Origin: the human T2T-CHM13v2.0 reference genome, Homo sapiens
Length of the DNA: 64,000 nucleotides
Strand: one strand, 5' to 3'
NCBI RefSeq assembly: GCF_009914755.1
Contig: NC_060926.1
This document shows positions 41,941 to 55,289 of this stretch, piece by piece. The notes under the pieces are model-generated. The model was given only the letters and a program-made list of their open reading frames with translations. It did not search any database and was not told where the DNA came from. The position numbers and the translations under genes were made by a program. How positions within the stretch are numbered: the first letter of the stretch is position 1; every line of letters begins with the position of its first letter.

Positions 41941-44714
41941 AGGACCAACTGCTTTAAAAAAATTATTTCTAGGTTATTAGTTTGAAAGATAAGAGATTCT
42001 GCTTGACGTCTTGAGGGGTCTTTGCCTGTTGGCCAGTGGGTAGGCTGTTGAGTCATAATAGTCACTTTGGCAAGGTTCTCTTTTTGGTTGAAGTGAAGCA
42101 AACCTGTTTGAAGGTGAAATGAGAAAGTAAGAACTAGTCAAGGTCTTTACAGGGTGGACATTTTAGGAATACAAGAGAAGTTGAACTGAAAGGGCCGTGT
42201 GGATATGTTGTTGATCTTGGCGAACTCTCCTGAGCTGTATAGCACTGACAATGGAGTGCTATTATAGCCTTTGGAAAAACTCAGCTAAAACCTCATAATC
42301 CATTTTTCTTTCATCCTTGCAATCTCTTTTTTTTTTAATTCTGTAATGAACTAGCCTGATAGTGTAAATAGCCTCATTTGAGCTAAGATGGGCAATATAA
42401 ACACACACACTCAGAGATCAGTAGAGGAACTCTGAAAATCATACACCAGTTTCTCTTTCTTTCTCTTTTTCCTCTTTCTCTTCTCACTCACAATTGCTAA
42501 CAAAGTTAAAAGTTGGTTCTCATGATGAAACTTCATAGGCTGCTGTCTGGAATGAATTTTCCTGAAAGAGCTCTAACTGCTGGGGGAGGGAGGGAATGTA
42601 GGGTGGGGTGGGGGAGAATCCAGACCTCAAACCCAATAGCCTTGCCATTCAAAATACCAGCTTGAAGGTTGACATTTGCAGGGACCTTGGGAGTATAGCA
42701 CGTGGGGACTTTTATCCTGCTACTTCAGTGACAGCTGGGCCTGGTCCAAACAACACTGCCAGTAACATTGTCATCGAGTAGGTTAAGCGGAGCTGGAGGG
42801 GAACTTCCTTTTAGCTTTAGACTTTAGACTACAAAGTCTCAGAGCCTTTGGGTATTCATTCACCATTCAGTGAACTTAGACTGGCCTGAAGTTTATTTTC
42901 ATCAGGATGTTAGTAGGGCTTGGGAAACCTTGAAAATGGAATGCTCAGTTTTTGTGAAGACTTTCTTTTAAACCTACAGATTTAATGAAGTTTAAACACA
43001 TTGTTCATTGTGTAATTATAGATGAAATATTAGAGAAGTGGACTAATTATACACAATGCACTCAAACCCAATTAAATTAACATCTGTGGTGAATGTAAGG
43101 ATATTCTCTTTTACTAATAAGAAATATTTTCTAAACAACAGAGAATAAAATCATTAAATTGGATATGCTGTAGAGATTATAAATATCCTATTAGCATATA
43201 AAATGAGGATTAACCTTATTTAATCACTGCATGTCAGATCATCAAAAGTCATGTTGCACCCCCATAATGTTGCTGTATTAATTCTACAGAAATAACAATA
43301 AAAAACCCTACTATTAATCAACATAGCTCTCAATGAATGCTGTTCTTGTCTACTAAATTAAACTGTTGGAGAAATTCAAGTATTCCCATAATTGCTTAAC
43401 AAAATAGCAAAAATACTTTTACCTATTCATTGTGGTATTATGGCTGATTCAGATTTACGTCATCTACTGGCTGAAGAGGTGTGTCTTCCTGGCTAGGCAA
43501 ATTAGCCTACCTCAAAATAAATAAAATATACTATCCATTCCAGCTAGCACCACAAGTGACCTTTTGAAAATGTAAATTAAGTGATTGCAAATACCAAGAG
43601 TGTATTCAAAATGAAAACGTATGGACTTGAGACATAGTGCCACCATTGCTCCAGGGATTAATTGGCAGACTATGAATCCAGGGATTTCTACCTTTCAATC
43701 TGGGGCATTCAATATTCCATTGGAAGATACTCATGACCATTGTTACTGTGATTAAATAATCAAATCTGGGTGGAGCGACAACAAAGTGGACTTGGGGTTA
43801 TCCAGATTCATGTTATAGCTTATTATGAATATTGATTGGATGCAGTAACAAAAAACAAATGACAGCAAAGTTGAAGGTAGCCATTTCATATATCATGTTC
43901 ATAGATTGCCGTTTTTCACAGCTGAGGGACAGAAATCAGTCAACAGGGATGGTTGATTCGAGGGAGTCTTTGTCAGAAGAGAGTGAAAGAGCTAAAATCA
44001 ATCTTTCTTGCTTTTTCTTTCTTCCCTGTTTCTCTTTCATCTCTCCTTCCCTCCCTCCCTTCCTTTGTTTTTTCCTTCCTTCCAAAGAGTTCTTCTTTAT
44101 ATTTCTTCCAAAATTTGAAGGGCGTTTTTTTCTTTCATTCTTGTGAAAACCATAATTACAGGGCCTGGAATATAAATGTACTTATAAATATTGAGAATAA
44201 TTATGGCTATTACAACTTTGTATTTCTAATTTGGTGAATTAAAAAAAAATCAACACATACAATTCTTTTTCAGTTGAACCCTTCCACTTAGTTTGCCTAC
44301 TCATCCTTATCTGAGGAAGTAAGTTCAGTTTAAAATGTAAAAATTCAGATGTAATTGGAAAGAAATTTAGAATAAACTGGAGGTAACCTGTCTGCGGGGG
44401 CATGGTAGGGCACACTGTGATGGGCCCACGGGCAGGGACTGAATCCAGGAATACATGTGGAGGGCAGAAAAGTCTACCTGGGAAACTGAAATTTAATAAA
44501 CACATCAAACACATGAAAGAAAATGTGATTTTATCACACTAGAAGTATATCTCTCAGAAAGCCACTTCAAAGAAAGCAAGCAGAATGCATGCGCAAGTCA
44601 AAGTCCTTTTTCGTCCTCAGGACCAAAGCTGCTTAGCCAAGAAGTTTTTCTTTCTGTCCAGGTGCCATACACCATTTAAGTTTTTTTCCAGTTTCCTTAA
44701 GATTTTAAAGCCAC

Positions 44715-44738
44715 TTGCACTACATATATGTAGTGCAA
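44715..44738. repeat. Perfect 24-bp palindrome
   Basis: TTGCACTACATATATGTAGTGCAA equals its own reverse complement. Confidence 0.97.
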
Positions 44739-44743
44739 AAAGA

Positions 44744-45062
<319 letters not shown>

Positions 45063-48000
45063 CAATATATGTATATTTAGAAAATCTTCTGTGGCTTCTT
45101 TATTCTATAGAGAGAGCAATATGTTGTGAATACAGTGTTAATAATAACTACTATTTTTGCCCTTTTTGAACAAACCAACAATTGTGAGTTTTAGCTTTTA
45201 TTTTTGTTCTCTTTAAGCTCAATTAAAAAGTACTTTTGCCTTCCAGGAGCCATTTTTACAATTTATTTGAAGTGCTGGGTGAATTAAAGAAAATCCTATG
45301 CCTTCAAATTTTAGTTGAACTTATAGATTTTCCATAACAATATTACTTTAAAAGACTCTTTTTCTTCCCCCTTCTTCCAGGTCTCACTGGCCCAGCAATT
45401 TAGCCTTGCCTCAGAATTGTTACATTACGGTCAAATGGTTTGGTTGTGACACAGGATGGTTTTCAGAAAAGCAGCAGACAGTGTCTAGAAGTGGGAAAAA
45501 AGGTCTTTATTGAGAAGGTCAAAAGGGACATAAAGGCAAAAACTGACTTTCACCGAAACAGAACTGGAGACCAGGCCTCCAGTGTCCTTTTTGTAATTCA
45601 TTGCTTGTTTTCAGGTCCCGTGATAGAATTCTTCCATAACAGAAGAGGACTTTGTTAAATTGTAAATGAGTATTACTTCAAGCACTCTGTGGAAATATAT
45701 TCTCCCCCTATAGCCCATACATTATTTCTGCTTAGTTATAGTGGCTCACCTTTCCTGTAACTATCAAAGAGAACTTAATTCAACTCACACCACATCACTT
45801 TACAATTGTGCAGCTCTCTTAATCAACCTTTGTGTCAGCCACGAATGTGCAGTATGACCTAATTTGAAAATGTCTCAAAGTGCTGACTCAAACTGTTAGT
45901 GAATAAAGGCTGGTCATTACCATTATGACACTAATGTGATGCAAAATAAAATTGAGTTGCATCAGCTGAACATTAGTTTGCAAAAATATCAGTGATTGAA
46001 TCCATTTTCTGTTCATATTTTATTTATACTTAGATATGTATACATATATACATAGGCACATATTTTTTGTTTGTTTGAAACAGGCTTGCGGCAAAATTTT
46101 TGAGGGTAGAGGAAGGAAGCCACATTTTAACACTGGAAAAAGACACAGGGTTAAAGGCTGATCATATGTGTATCATGATCTCCTCTCTATAACATGAAGA
46201 CATGTTGTTGAAATCTTATTAGGATATTTATATGCACATAAGCAATAACATATGAAAATTATCATCTTGTCGTGTACTTTGGTGCTAGATTCCAAGGTTT
46301 CTAACAGCCCTGGCACTTCTTACTACTTCGTATTACTCCAAAATTCTGACTTTGTATTCGCAAGTAACAAAAATTTGAGATTTTTTTCTTTCATGGGACT
46401 TCTTTCCTTCTTCTTTACTTGACAAAAAGTTACTTTGAGATGGAAATACCTTTAATACACACTGTCGTTAATTACTTGTGAACAAAAGAAAGTGAGATAT
46501 AAAACTAGACATTATTTAGCCTCATCCCTACTGATAATACTTTGTGGAAAGCAACATCAATGATCTTTTTCTTACACAATTCAGATGGTTTTGAGGAAAA
46601 ACTCATGGGCTTAATTAATACCTGTGCATCCTAAAACTAGCATTGGTTTCAAATTCTAAGCTGATAAGTAGTCATTGAAAATAAATCAGCAGGAAACTTT
46701 CTTAATTTAGAGAAATTTTCCTAATGGTAAATGAGAAACTCCACCCTGTATCTCATTTTGGGTCTCCAGAATTCTGAAAATCCTGAACATAAAAGTGAGG
46801 TATTAGTGATAAAATACTTCTGATTTTATTTCTTTAATGGTTCTAACAAACCTAGCACACAAATGCAAAGGAGATATGTTGTCCTTTAAAATGGTCAAGG
46901 ACAAGAAGTTTTGGCTATCAGGAAATTATTTAACCTGCTTCCAATTGAGAGAGTATATGTCTTCATAATATATCACCATAAGCGATCAGTAGAGAATACA
47001 GCTAAATTAAAATGCTGGCAAGCTCAGTTCATTCACTTTTTAGAAAAGCAAGTAAAACCTTCCAGCAAGATGTGTAGAAATTTTCTATTACGTGATGACT
47101 TTCATATTTGAATCCATTTTACATTGTGTAATATGTGACTTGGGCTGTTTTTATGACCTGTGCTTTATTACCACATTAAGACAATCGACATTTCAAAAAA
47201 GAAAAAGTTTGAATAATTTCAAAGTGAACTTGCCAAAATCAGCATTCAGAAGCATGGGTGCTCGCGCGCTCAAACACAGGCACACTTTCAATTTACCTAA
47301 AAACGGGGATCACCCTTTGTAGCTAAAATGCAATCTTTCTTATTTTTAGGTTACCCTGAGAAAAGGTATGTGGGTGTGATTCCTGCAAATGGATTGCCAG
47401 TTTCTTAACAGTTCATCATTCTTAAATGATAGAAGTATAGCAGCACCCTTCTGAGAAACATCTTTTCTGTAGATTTTACTTTGTCCATGCCAGGACAAAT
47501 TGCGTGCTAAGTTGAATAATTCTGAGATGTGAGACACCTCCATAACTGTCCTTGGACTACCAAGGAGCTGGCATTTCTCTTTGGAAGATGAGGGGAGAAT
47601 GCTCCCTGCTCTCTTAATTGATGATTTACTGTGCTTTCCCTTGGGACCACAACCGATGATCTGTAAGCTTGTTGAATTTTGAGGTAGATACTAAATATAA
47701 TCAATATATAAAAATATTTAAAAAAGGAGAGAAAAAATGCAATGAAAATTTATGACCTTAACATTCCTTCAGGGTCAAGCAATTTATCAAATTCTCTCAC
47801 TTTCTGGTTTCAATTACACAGCCATTGTGGAAGGAACTTATTTTAGCAGGTTCATTTGCCTCAGTGGGGAATACAGGACTTTGGCCTAATGCTTCACCTT
47901 TAGTGCAGGCCATTTGAGCCTTAGAACAAATACCAATCATCACTCTTTGGGAAAAAAGAATCTGCATCGGCGTGGCCTATTGGAATGGGGTTTCTGTCAA

Positions 48001-50613
48001 GGTAAACGGTTGTCGGCAATGACTGTGGTAGAGTGGCGATAAATCCCATTTTATTGCTGAAAAATTCCAGCTTCTCTCCATGCCTGACAGCTCCCCACAT
48101 TCTCATACCCATTTGGGCAATTTCTGCACTATGTCCATCTGGTTCTCATTACCTCTCAACCTCCCTGCGTCTGATCCAGAAAAAGAGCAGGTCAGAAATG
48201 GGGCTGGGGGTGACGAAACCAAGGTGATGAACAAAACAGAAAGCAGGGGGATGGCCCATGGGGTTCGGGGAAGAGTTGAGGTTGGGTGGAGTAGGGATTC
48301 CAGCTAAGAATCTGAGTGGTTTTGAGAAGGGGCCATGTCAATTATTAAAAATGATCATGACAGAGCTGGAGCCAGAAGCCAGAGAAACCTGTATCTTTAG
48401 ACTCAGGCATTAAAAAGACACCTGTTTTAAGGTGAAAGAGAGAGTAGAGAGAGAGAATGTGGTAGGTAGAGGAGGGTGGGAAGGCATCTCTATTAAGGGC
48501 ACTGCCAGCTGGATTATCAGAGTAGCGGACCTGTTCTAGAAAAGCATGGAGCCCTGTGTACACAGTTGGCAGGCTTCTAAATATGCTGATCAAACTCTGC
48601 TGGAGATTAGATTTTGGTTCAAAAACATATGTTTTTGAGGACAAAGAAAACTTTTGGCCCTCCAACCTTATTGTCTCCATCTTTCGAAGAAGAATAATAT
48701 TTAAAAACTAACTTGTCTTAATTAGGGCATTTAGAATGACAGGACTAGCACTGACTCACTTGGGAATTCATAACCCTACATATAATCACTTTTGGAATGG
48801 AGTGCATTTATGCCTTCAAAAAGTTGGCCTCATTTTCTGAAGCTGAAATCCTTTTGATCATAATTACTTCTGACCTAAAATTACCCACAGTCACCATACA
48901 ATGCCACGCTGGGACAAAAAAGAAATACATATTGTAAGTATCTGATAACAGATATAAACTATCGGCCAACTTAAATAGTATCATTAATTAGACTAGGATG
49001 AAACTATACAACTATATATTTCTGAATATAACATTTAATCATTATTATTATTCTTTTGGTGCAGTGGTTGGGGCCGTTGTCATAAATGCTAAAATAAGAG
49101 TTGTTAAAGTATATTGAAGTATAAATGATAAAGACCTGAGAACTTTGCATAAAAATGAGAATCAGATGAATGACTGCATTGATGTAGTTATTTCACCACC
49201 TGTTTTGAAGTCAAATTTTATATGCAAATGTCTTAAAACCAGATATGATTGTGTATTCTTAAATACGTTGGAGAGCTGTGGCATTATTATGATTTGTAGA
49301 CAGAATCTCTCATGTTAGATATGTTTGGATGGACATATTGAATGGTCTCTTAGTGCCTTCTGGATCCCAGGGATCCAGAGTGTATTTCAGGTCCTAAAAA
49401 TGGACATTTTTGACAGTCAGAACCCCCAGTACTGCACTGAATATCTGTTTTTTTATGGGTTGAATTCCCAATATCGAAATTACGTTAAATTTTAGTTGCT
49501 GAGCCAGATCCTTTAGACAAGAAATACTGGCTTCCAGTAATCAGGATTTAATTTCTAAATTTTCAAGTCATGAATGCTCAAAGGAGGTTTTATGAAATGT
49601 ACCTGAAATTGTAAATGAATCCCACGTAGACACTTAAATTGAGAAATTGTTGCTAAAAATTTTAAATTAAAACGACAAGATAATTTGGACTGACGTACAT
49701 TAGAAATCATAAAAATGGAAGTTTGTTAACTTTAAAATGAATATTTTAGTCAACAAATAAAATTCTAAAACAGACGTTTTCACATGCACATATTAAAAGG
49801 CATAAACCTTTAGCTAGGGTCACGTATCTATTAAAACGGTCTTGATTTTAATGGTGTCTCTAATTTGGAAAGTAATTTCAGATTCTTAGCCAAGAAGAAT
49901 CTTGCTTGAACTTTACTTTTCTAGGCTGTACATATACCAGAGAAACATGATCATTTAAATTCTAAAGGATGTTTGTTTCTTTTAATAGCATAGCAGAGAA
50001 TTAATGGCATGGGGGAGGGGGACGTGACAACTTAACCTGATGTTTGATAGCTGTTTACTTATGAATGTGTGCCACAGATTTCAGTGTCTGTAAAAGAAGG
50101 GGAAATAAACAAACCGATGGCTTTTAGGGAACTTAAGACACATGGAAGAAAGTGCTTAGAAGGCTATTGAAATATTTACAAAACAAATCATTTACATTAA
50201 CTTTCTTATGTGTAGAAACTGGAGTGCCCATGAAAAGACAGAGCCAATTTTGGCTATGAGAAGTATTTCAGCATCAAAATGGTTAACAGTATTATAGCTT
50301 CAAAAGAGCCTATTGGCTCACCCTCAAGGATGCCCTGCAGTTGTTGTTAAAGTCATCAGATGAAGCTAGCCTTCTCAGCTAGCCTTCAGATTTGTCTGCT
50401 AACAGTAAAAATACTATAATAAATCGGTAACATATGTTGCCAGGCAAGGAAAAGTGATATAAATAAAGAGACTGGGAGACCCAAACCAAGTACAATGTGA
50501 AAAGAATTTAAATTTCAATCTATTTGCTGGCTAATTACCATTTGAAAAGTAATTTGAAAGTTTTACTGTTATTTGCTGATATTCTTCCTCATTTTTCTTT
50601 TTTTCCTCTTCAG

Positions 50614-50665
50614 ATTGCATTCTTACCCAAATACTCTTCGTGATTGCCTGCTTTGCGGCTTTGGG
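50614..50665 (+). other. Candidate 52-nt internal exon of an unidentified transcript
   Basis: Long polypyrimidine tract ending TTCCTCTTCAG (AG 50612-50613), upstream GCTGAT branch-like site, donor GGG|GTAAGT. No transcript evidence available to me. Confidence 0.5.
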
Positions 50666-53139
50666 GTAAGTCCCAGTTTTCCACAACCTTAAGAAAAAAA
50701 TGCATAACATAAAAGATGCCAGAAAGACTTATGTGTCCTGATAGTCGGGGTCTGTGAAATATACATGGGTTTGTTACGGGGGTGGGAGGCATAATGAAAT
50801 AAAGAAAAGCGATTTGTTTCTGCAAGGATCAAAAGTGTGCGAAAGTGTGCATATGCAAACGAGGCTCCCATCAGGAAAGCCACCTCTGGAATGTAAATGA
50901 CAAAGCTTGGAACACACACAATCAATTATTTTCACCAGCATTTAAAATATAGAAAACAAAATCTGCTTTGGGAATTGACTGAATATTTTATTTAGCTTTT
51001 TTTATTGAGACATCCTTTGAAAAATGGCATAATATAAATAGTTTTACAAAGCAACAATATAATCAATCTCTAAACTAGAATATAAATCAAGGATTTCATT
51101 AACTGCTGGTAGCCAGTTTAAATTGTAGTCTTGTCCATAATGTCTATCTATCTATGTATGTCCAAGTTATATTAAAAACCTTTAAATGGCTTTGTAATAT
51201 CAGCTACATCTAGCTATTATAATAATTAATGGTACTGTTTTATAAATCAATACATGTATTCTTGATAAATTCATATCCAGTTAATGGTGTAATTTAAATA
51301 AAAAATTAATGTAATAAAGGACATACAGAAGCGGGCAGGAAATCTTTAAAGGTTAAGAGCCAAATTTGTCTAAATTCATTTTTAACCTGTTTTGGAAAAG
51401 TTTATATTTAAAATCAGCTGAGACTTACCTTGTTTCTGTAAAACTAATCTTGCCATTTCTGGTGGTATCTAGTATTAAATTTGTAAGGTGTTTTCTGACG
51501 TTGTTTTAATTACATAGTTACAATACTGTGGAATATTTTACTGTCGTTGCACTATTTTGTGACTATTGCATATTCTTTAGTAAAATAGAACAAAACAAAC
51601 TAAAAACATCACACCAGCAATTTATTTTTAATACACAAATGCATGTAAATGATTTATTTTTTGAAAATCTCCAAAACTATACACACATTTTATTTAAGGG
51701 GAAAAATGACTGACTAGTTCAATAAATTTGCATGTGGAAGAGCCGAGCATTTTCACTGCTTCCGCTGAGTGAACATTCCAAGAATTTTAGAAAGAAAAGA
51801 AAAATGCATGAAAGAGTCTGAAATGTATTTTAACGCTGCACCCGGGTACAGGAACATTCTACCAAAAGATGAGTGTATTACAGTTCTAATGTAAAGAATA
51901 CATACCAAAGACATATTTAAAAAATAACAAGATTTAGAAAAACAACTGAAGGTTGTATGTTATCAAATACAATATCAAATCTTTCCAAATAAAATTTCAT
52001 TTGGTTCATAAGAGTACGCGTTTTACAAAAAATATCTTTCAAAATTATGCAGACCAGTCTGCCCTGCCATCCTCCTTGACATGATGCAGAAATGTTCCTT
52101 TAATCCACTGAGCTTTTTCTGACATTTTTCTTAACATTGCTGAGCCTTATTTAGAGCACCAAAGGAGGCGTGTGCAGTTTTCTTTGACACTGATGGGTAT
52201 TTCAAAATGTTACAGAGAGAGGGGGGAAAAAAAAGAAAGAAAAGATTTGCTGCCAGTCACTTCATCAATAGAGCTACAGAAGCAATTACTATTTGTTAAA
52301 AGTTTACATTTCAAATGAAGCTAAATTTTAAAGAAGTCTCATCCTTTTAGAAGGACTGGTGCTTGGAAGAGAGAGGAAGAGAATGCACATTAGTGATTAC
52401 ATGTTAAAGTGCACTCAAGTACTGGAACCATTTAAAATGTATTGTGTTTTTAGTTGAAACCTGCAGCAAAACCACTCCTAAGAGGCTTAATTTAGGTTTT
52501 ATAGGAGGAACATAAAAAAGACCAGGTTACAGCAACATGCTGAAATATGGGGTACATTTTAAATATCTTCATTTAAAAACGTACGTTTATTTCCCCTCCT
52601 GGGATCACTAACGTGTGTCTCCACAGAGAAAGCAAGGACATGCATTCTTAAAAATTATCTGTTAAAGGGATCACATTCCAAGACAGGTTTGAGCATTTTT
52701 ATTACTACAGATAACCTCTTAATTGTGTCACTGCCTTCCACTTGTTAATCAGGGACATTCAACATAGTTAACCATGCAGTGGTTGTCTTTAGAAGAATAC
52801 ATTATCATTAAGGATTAGAAACACATTTTATTCCTATAATCATATTGCATGTATGGTTTTAGCACTGCTAAAACCCTATTTACCTGCTTTAAATACATAA
52901 CACCTAAGAAAGGATTGAGATGCCTATAACAATGTTGTTCACTACTTCAAACTATGCAGTCCATGAAAAGCTTTAAGAGACAGATAATTTTACTTTTCTT
53001 GTCCCCCTCCTCCACCTCCCCCATGTCCCACGCAATTCCTATTTGAATTGATTTTAGGTTTCTTGTGTAGCCACCAGCATCTGAGATACTCAGGTACTCT
53101 TTCAGAGACCAAGGTGTAAGTGTGAAGTAAATAAAATCA

Positions 53140-53380
53140 TGTTTCACTGTTGCTTTATCAACCCTCCTAGGTAGTTTTTCTGCCAGCCAACCTGCGCTGT
53201 TAAGACCCATAAAATTATGCAATAGTGACTTCTTTGGAGGTTCTCTAATCAGATAATGGCTGGTGTTGGGAGGCAAGGGCCCAAGGCAATGTTGCTGGTA
53301 CTTAACACTGTGGTTGGTCATTACTTGTCTAGTAGAGACCAATAAACAGCTGATTACTGTCCTATATGGAGCCAATATTT
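53140..53380. promoter_or_regulatory. Candidate enhancer block (posterior Hox/Cdx-type motifs)
   Basis: CCCATAAA 53206-53213, CCAATAAA 53339-53346 abutting CAGCTG 53347-53352, TAATC and AGATAA; motif inference only. Confidence 0.35.
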
Positions 53381-54289
53381 TACATTTATCCTAGTTATTT
53401 TTTCCTTTTCTTTTTAAGTTCTTATAACAGGAAGTATTTGTCAAGAAGATATATGAGTAATAGCCTCCCAGGCACCTTAAAAATAAGAATTTTCCTACCA
53501 TGAAATGATGCCTTTTGTGGAAAGGTGGGAATGATTCTGGTTTTTACAAGAGCAAAGGTTTGATTCGTTTCAAGCCCACTTCTTTCAGACAGGGACACTC
53601 CACGACACCATCCCTGCTGCTCCTTGTCCCTTTCCCCCTCTATGACAGGTTCACAGGCTGCAACCAAGGGATTTTAAAATGCAAAGGTTTACATTCATAT
53701 TTGCACTCTGGCAATAACAGGCCCATTTTGCTTCCTCTGTAAGCCTGTGATAATTGATGCTTCATACCTGGAACTATGTTTCATTTATCTCTTTACTCAT
53801 GAAGATAGTATATAAATAAAAGGTAATGTATGGAAAGGAACCAACCATCTGAAATAATAGTCCTAAATCCAACTAGATAATCTTTTAAAGCTGTAAGAGT
53901 CAGAGATGGAGATTTCTAAACTTTCAAAGAAAACTTGATTGCAAATGAGAAACCTGTGCATTTTTGAATGCTTATTGAATTTGAATGTCTGTGTGGGCCA
54001 AAAAGAATCAGAGGGACAAATGGAAGGCAGGAAAGAAAAGGTGTAAATTTTAGATGTGTTTTAAATTAATGTATTTAATGACATATTAGACTCATTACAA
54101 TTTTATTGACTTTCCCTTTACATTTGAATGTAATTTTTTACTAGCCGATGCAAGCTGCAAAATGGCGAGTCTTCTAAGGTGCCTTTCCTTCCCTGGGATC
54201 CTCATCTTAGAATGAGCAGAGGCACATCGATAAGAACTGGACCTTGATTTCACAACCTCATACAAAGCCAGGCAATTCTTGAGCCAAAC

Positions 54290-54720
54290 AAAGGGGGTGT
54301 AAGCTATTTCATTTATTTTGATAATCCTCCTCTTGCACGGGAGCATTTTGCTGTCTTTGTCAAAGTGAATGACAACAATTTGGCCAACTCTCTCTGAGCT
54401 GCACTCAACAGTGACAGGCAAATTATCAGAGGCCCTGCACTTCTTATTATCAGAGGAGAAGCCATCAGGGGGACGCATGGAGGATACCTCTCCCTTGTCA
54501 CTATTTGTCAGTGGGACAAGGGCCACTGCTATGGGTAGCTGACAGGTAATTTCAACAATAACAATTACTCCTATTACTGGTGTCATAAACAATTCGCCCA
54601 AGGCATGACAATAGCAAAGCTTTATAATTCAATGCCATATAAATAAATGCCAGCAGGTAACAAGTAATTTAGCTCCAATCAAGCTTTCACCCCGGCATTA
54701 ATATTGTTATTGCAAGAAAA
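54290..54720. promoter_or_regulatory. Candidate conserved non-coding enhancer (TALE/Sox/homeodomain motif cluster)
   Basis: TGACAG 54412-54417 and 54540-54545, several further TGACA/TGTCA, repeated ACAAT, TCATAAA and TAAT cores in unique sequence. Confidence 0.5.
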
Positions 54721-55289
54721 TGGAAAATTGAAAAAATTCAATATGTTAATGAATTAAGAGAGGTTCAAGGGCTAGACAAGACGAGTTGGAAAAAGGAAAC
54801 AAAAATTATTGTGGTATCATATTTGGTGCCATCCTGGAGGCCAAACATCAGTATAATTACTTTAAGACAAGAAGGGGAACTGGAGTGCCTTAGATCTCAG
54901 AGCAGGGAAAAATGTGACATGAGCTTTCAAAAAATCCACCTAACTCCAATTTCTGAAGAATATAAGGAGAAATATGAGAGTGTATATATATAATGTAGCA
55001 TTTCACTGGCTTTCTTTTTCTACCTGAAATATTTCATATGAAGCAGAAGCATGAGTATCAAAGAAACGTTTCCATCTGTTTAAGAAAATTGTATCAGCAC
55101 CTGCTTCCTTTACATTAAGTCTCATAATGAAACTATTTTAATAATCCTTTTTTTTTTAATCTGGGGTGAAGGTAAAGCTGAAAGTCATCTTTGCTCTCCA
55201 GCTGTCCACCTTTTGGAAGTGGACTAGAGGATACAGTGTTATCTTCATACGTAAAACTTCCTGATCAAGCCAATTTGCAATTTTAGTAT

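Noticed and set aside
50364-50388. Short tandem AGCTAGCCTTC x2
   Set aside because: Ordinary ~13-bp slippage duplication with no further structure.
52947-53375. 142-aa minus-strand ORF
   Set aside because: Non-ATG start and no recognisable homology or splice context.
54095-54601. 168-aa minus-strand ORF in unique DNA
   Set aside because: Starts at TTG, no recognisable protein similarity, and overlaps a motif-dense putative enhancer; likely chance.
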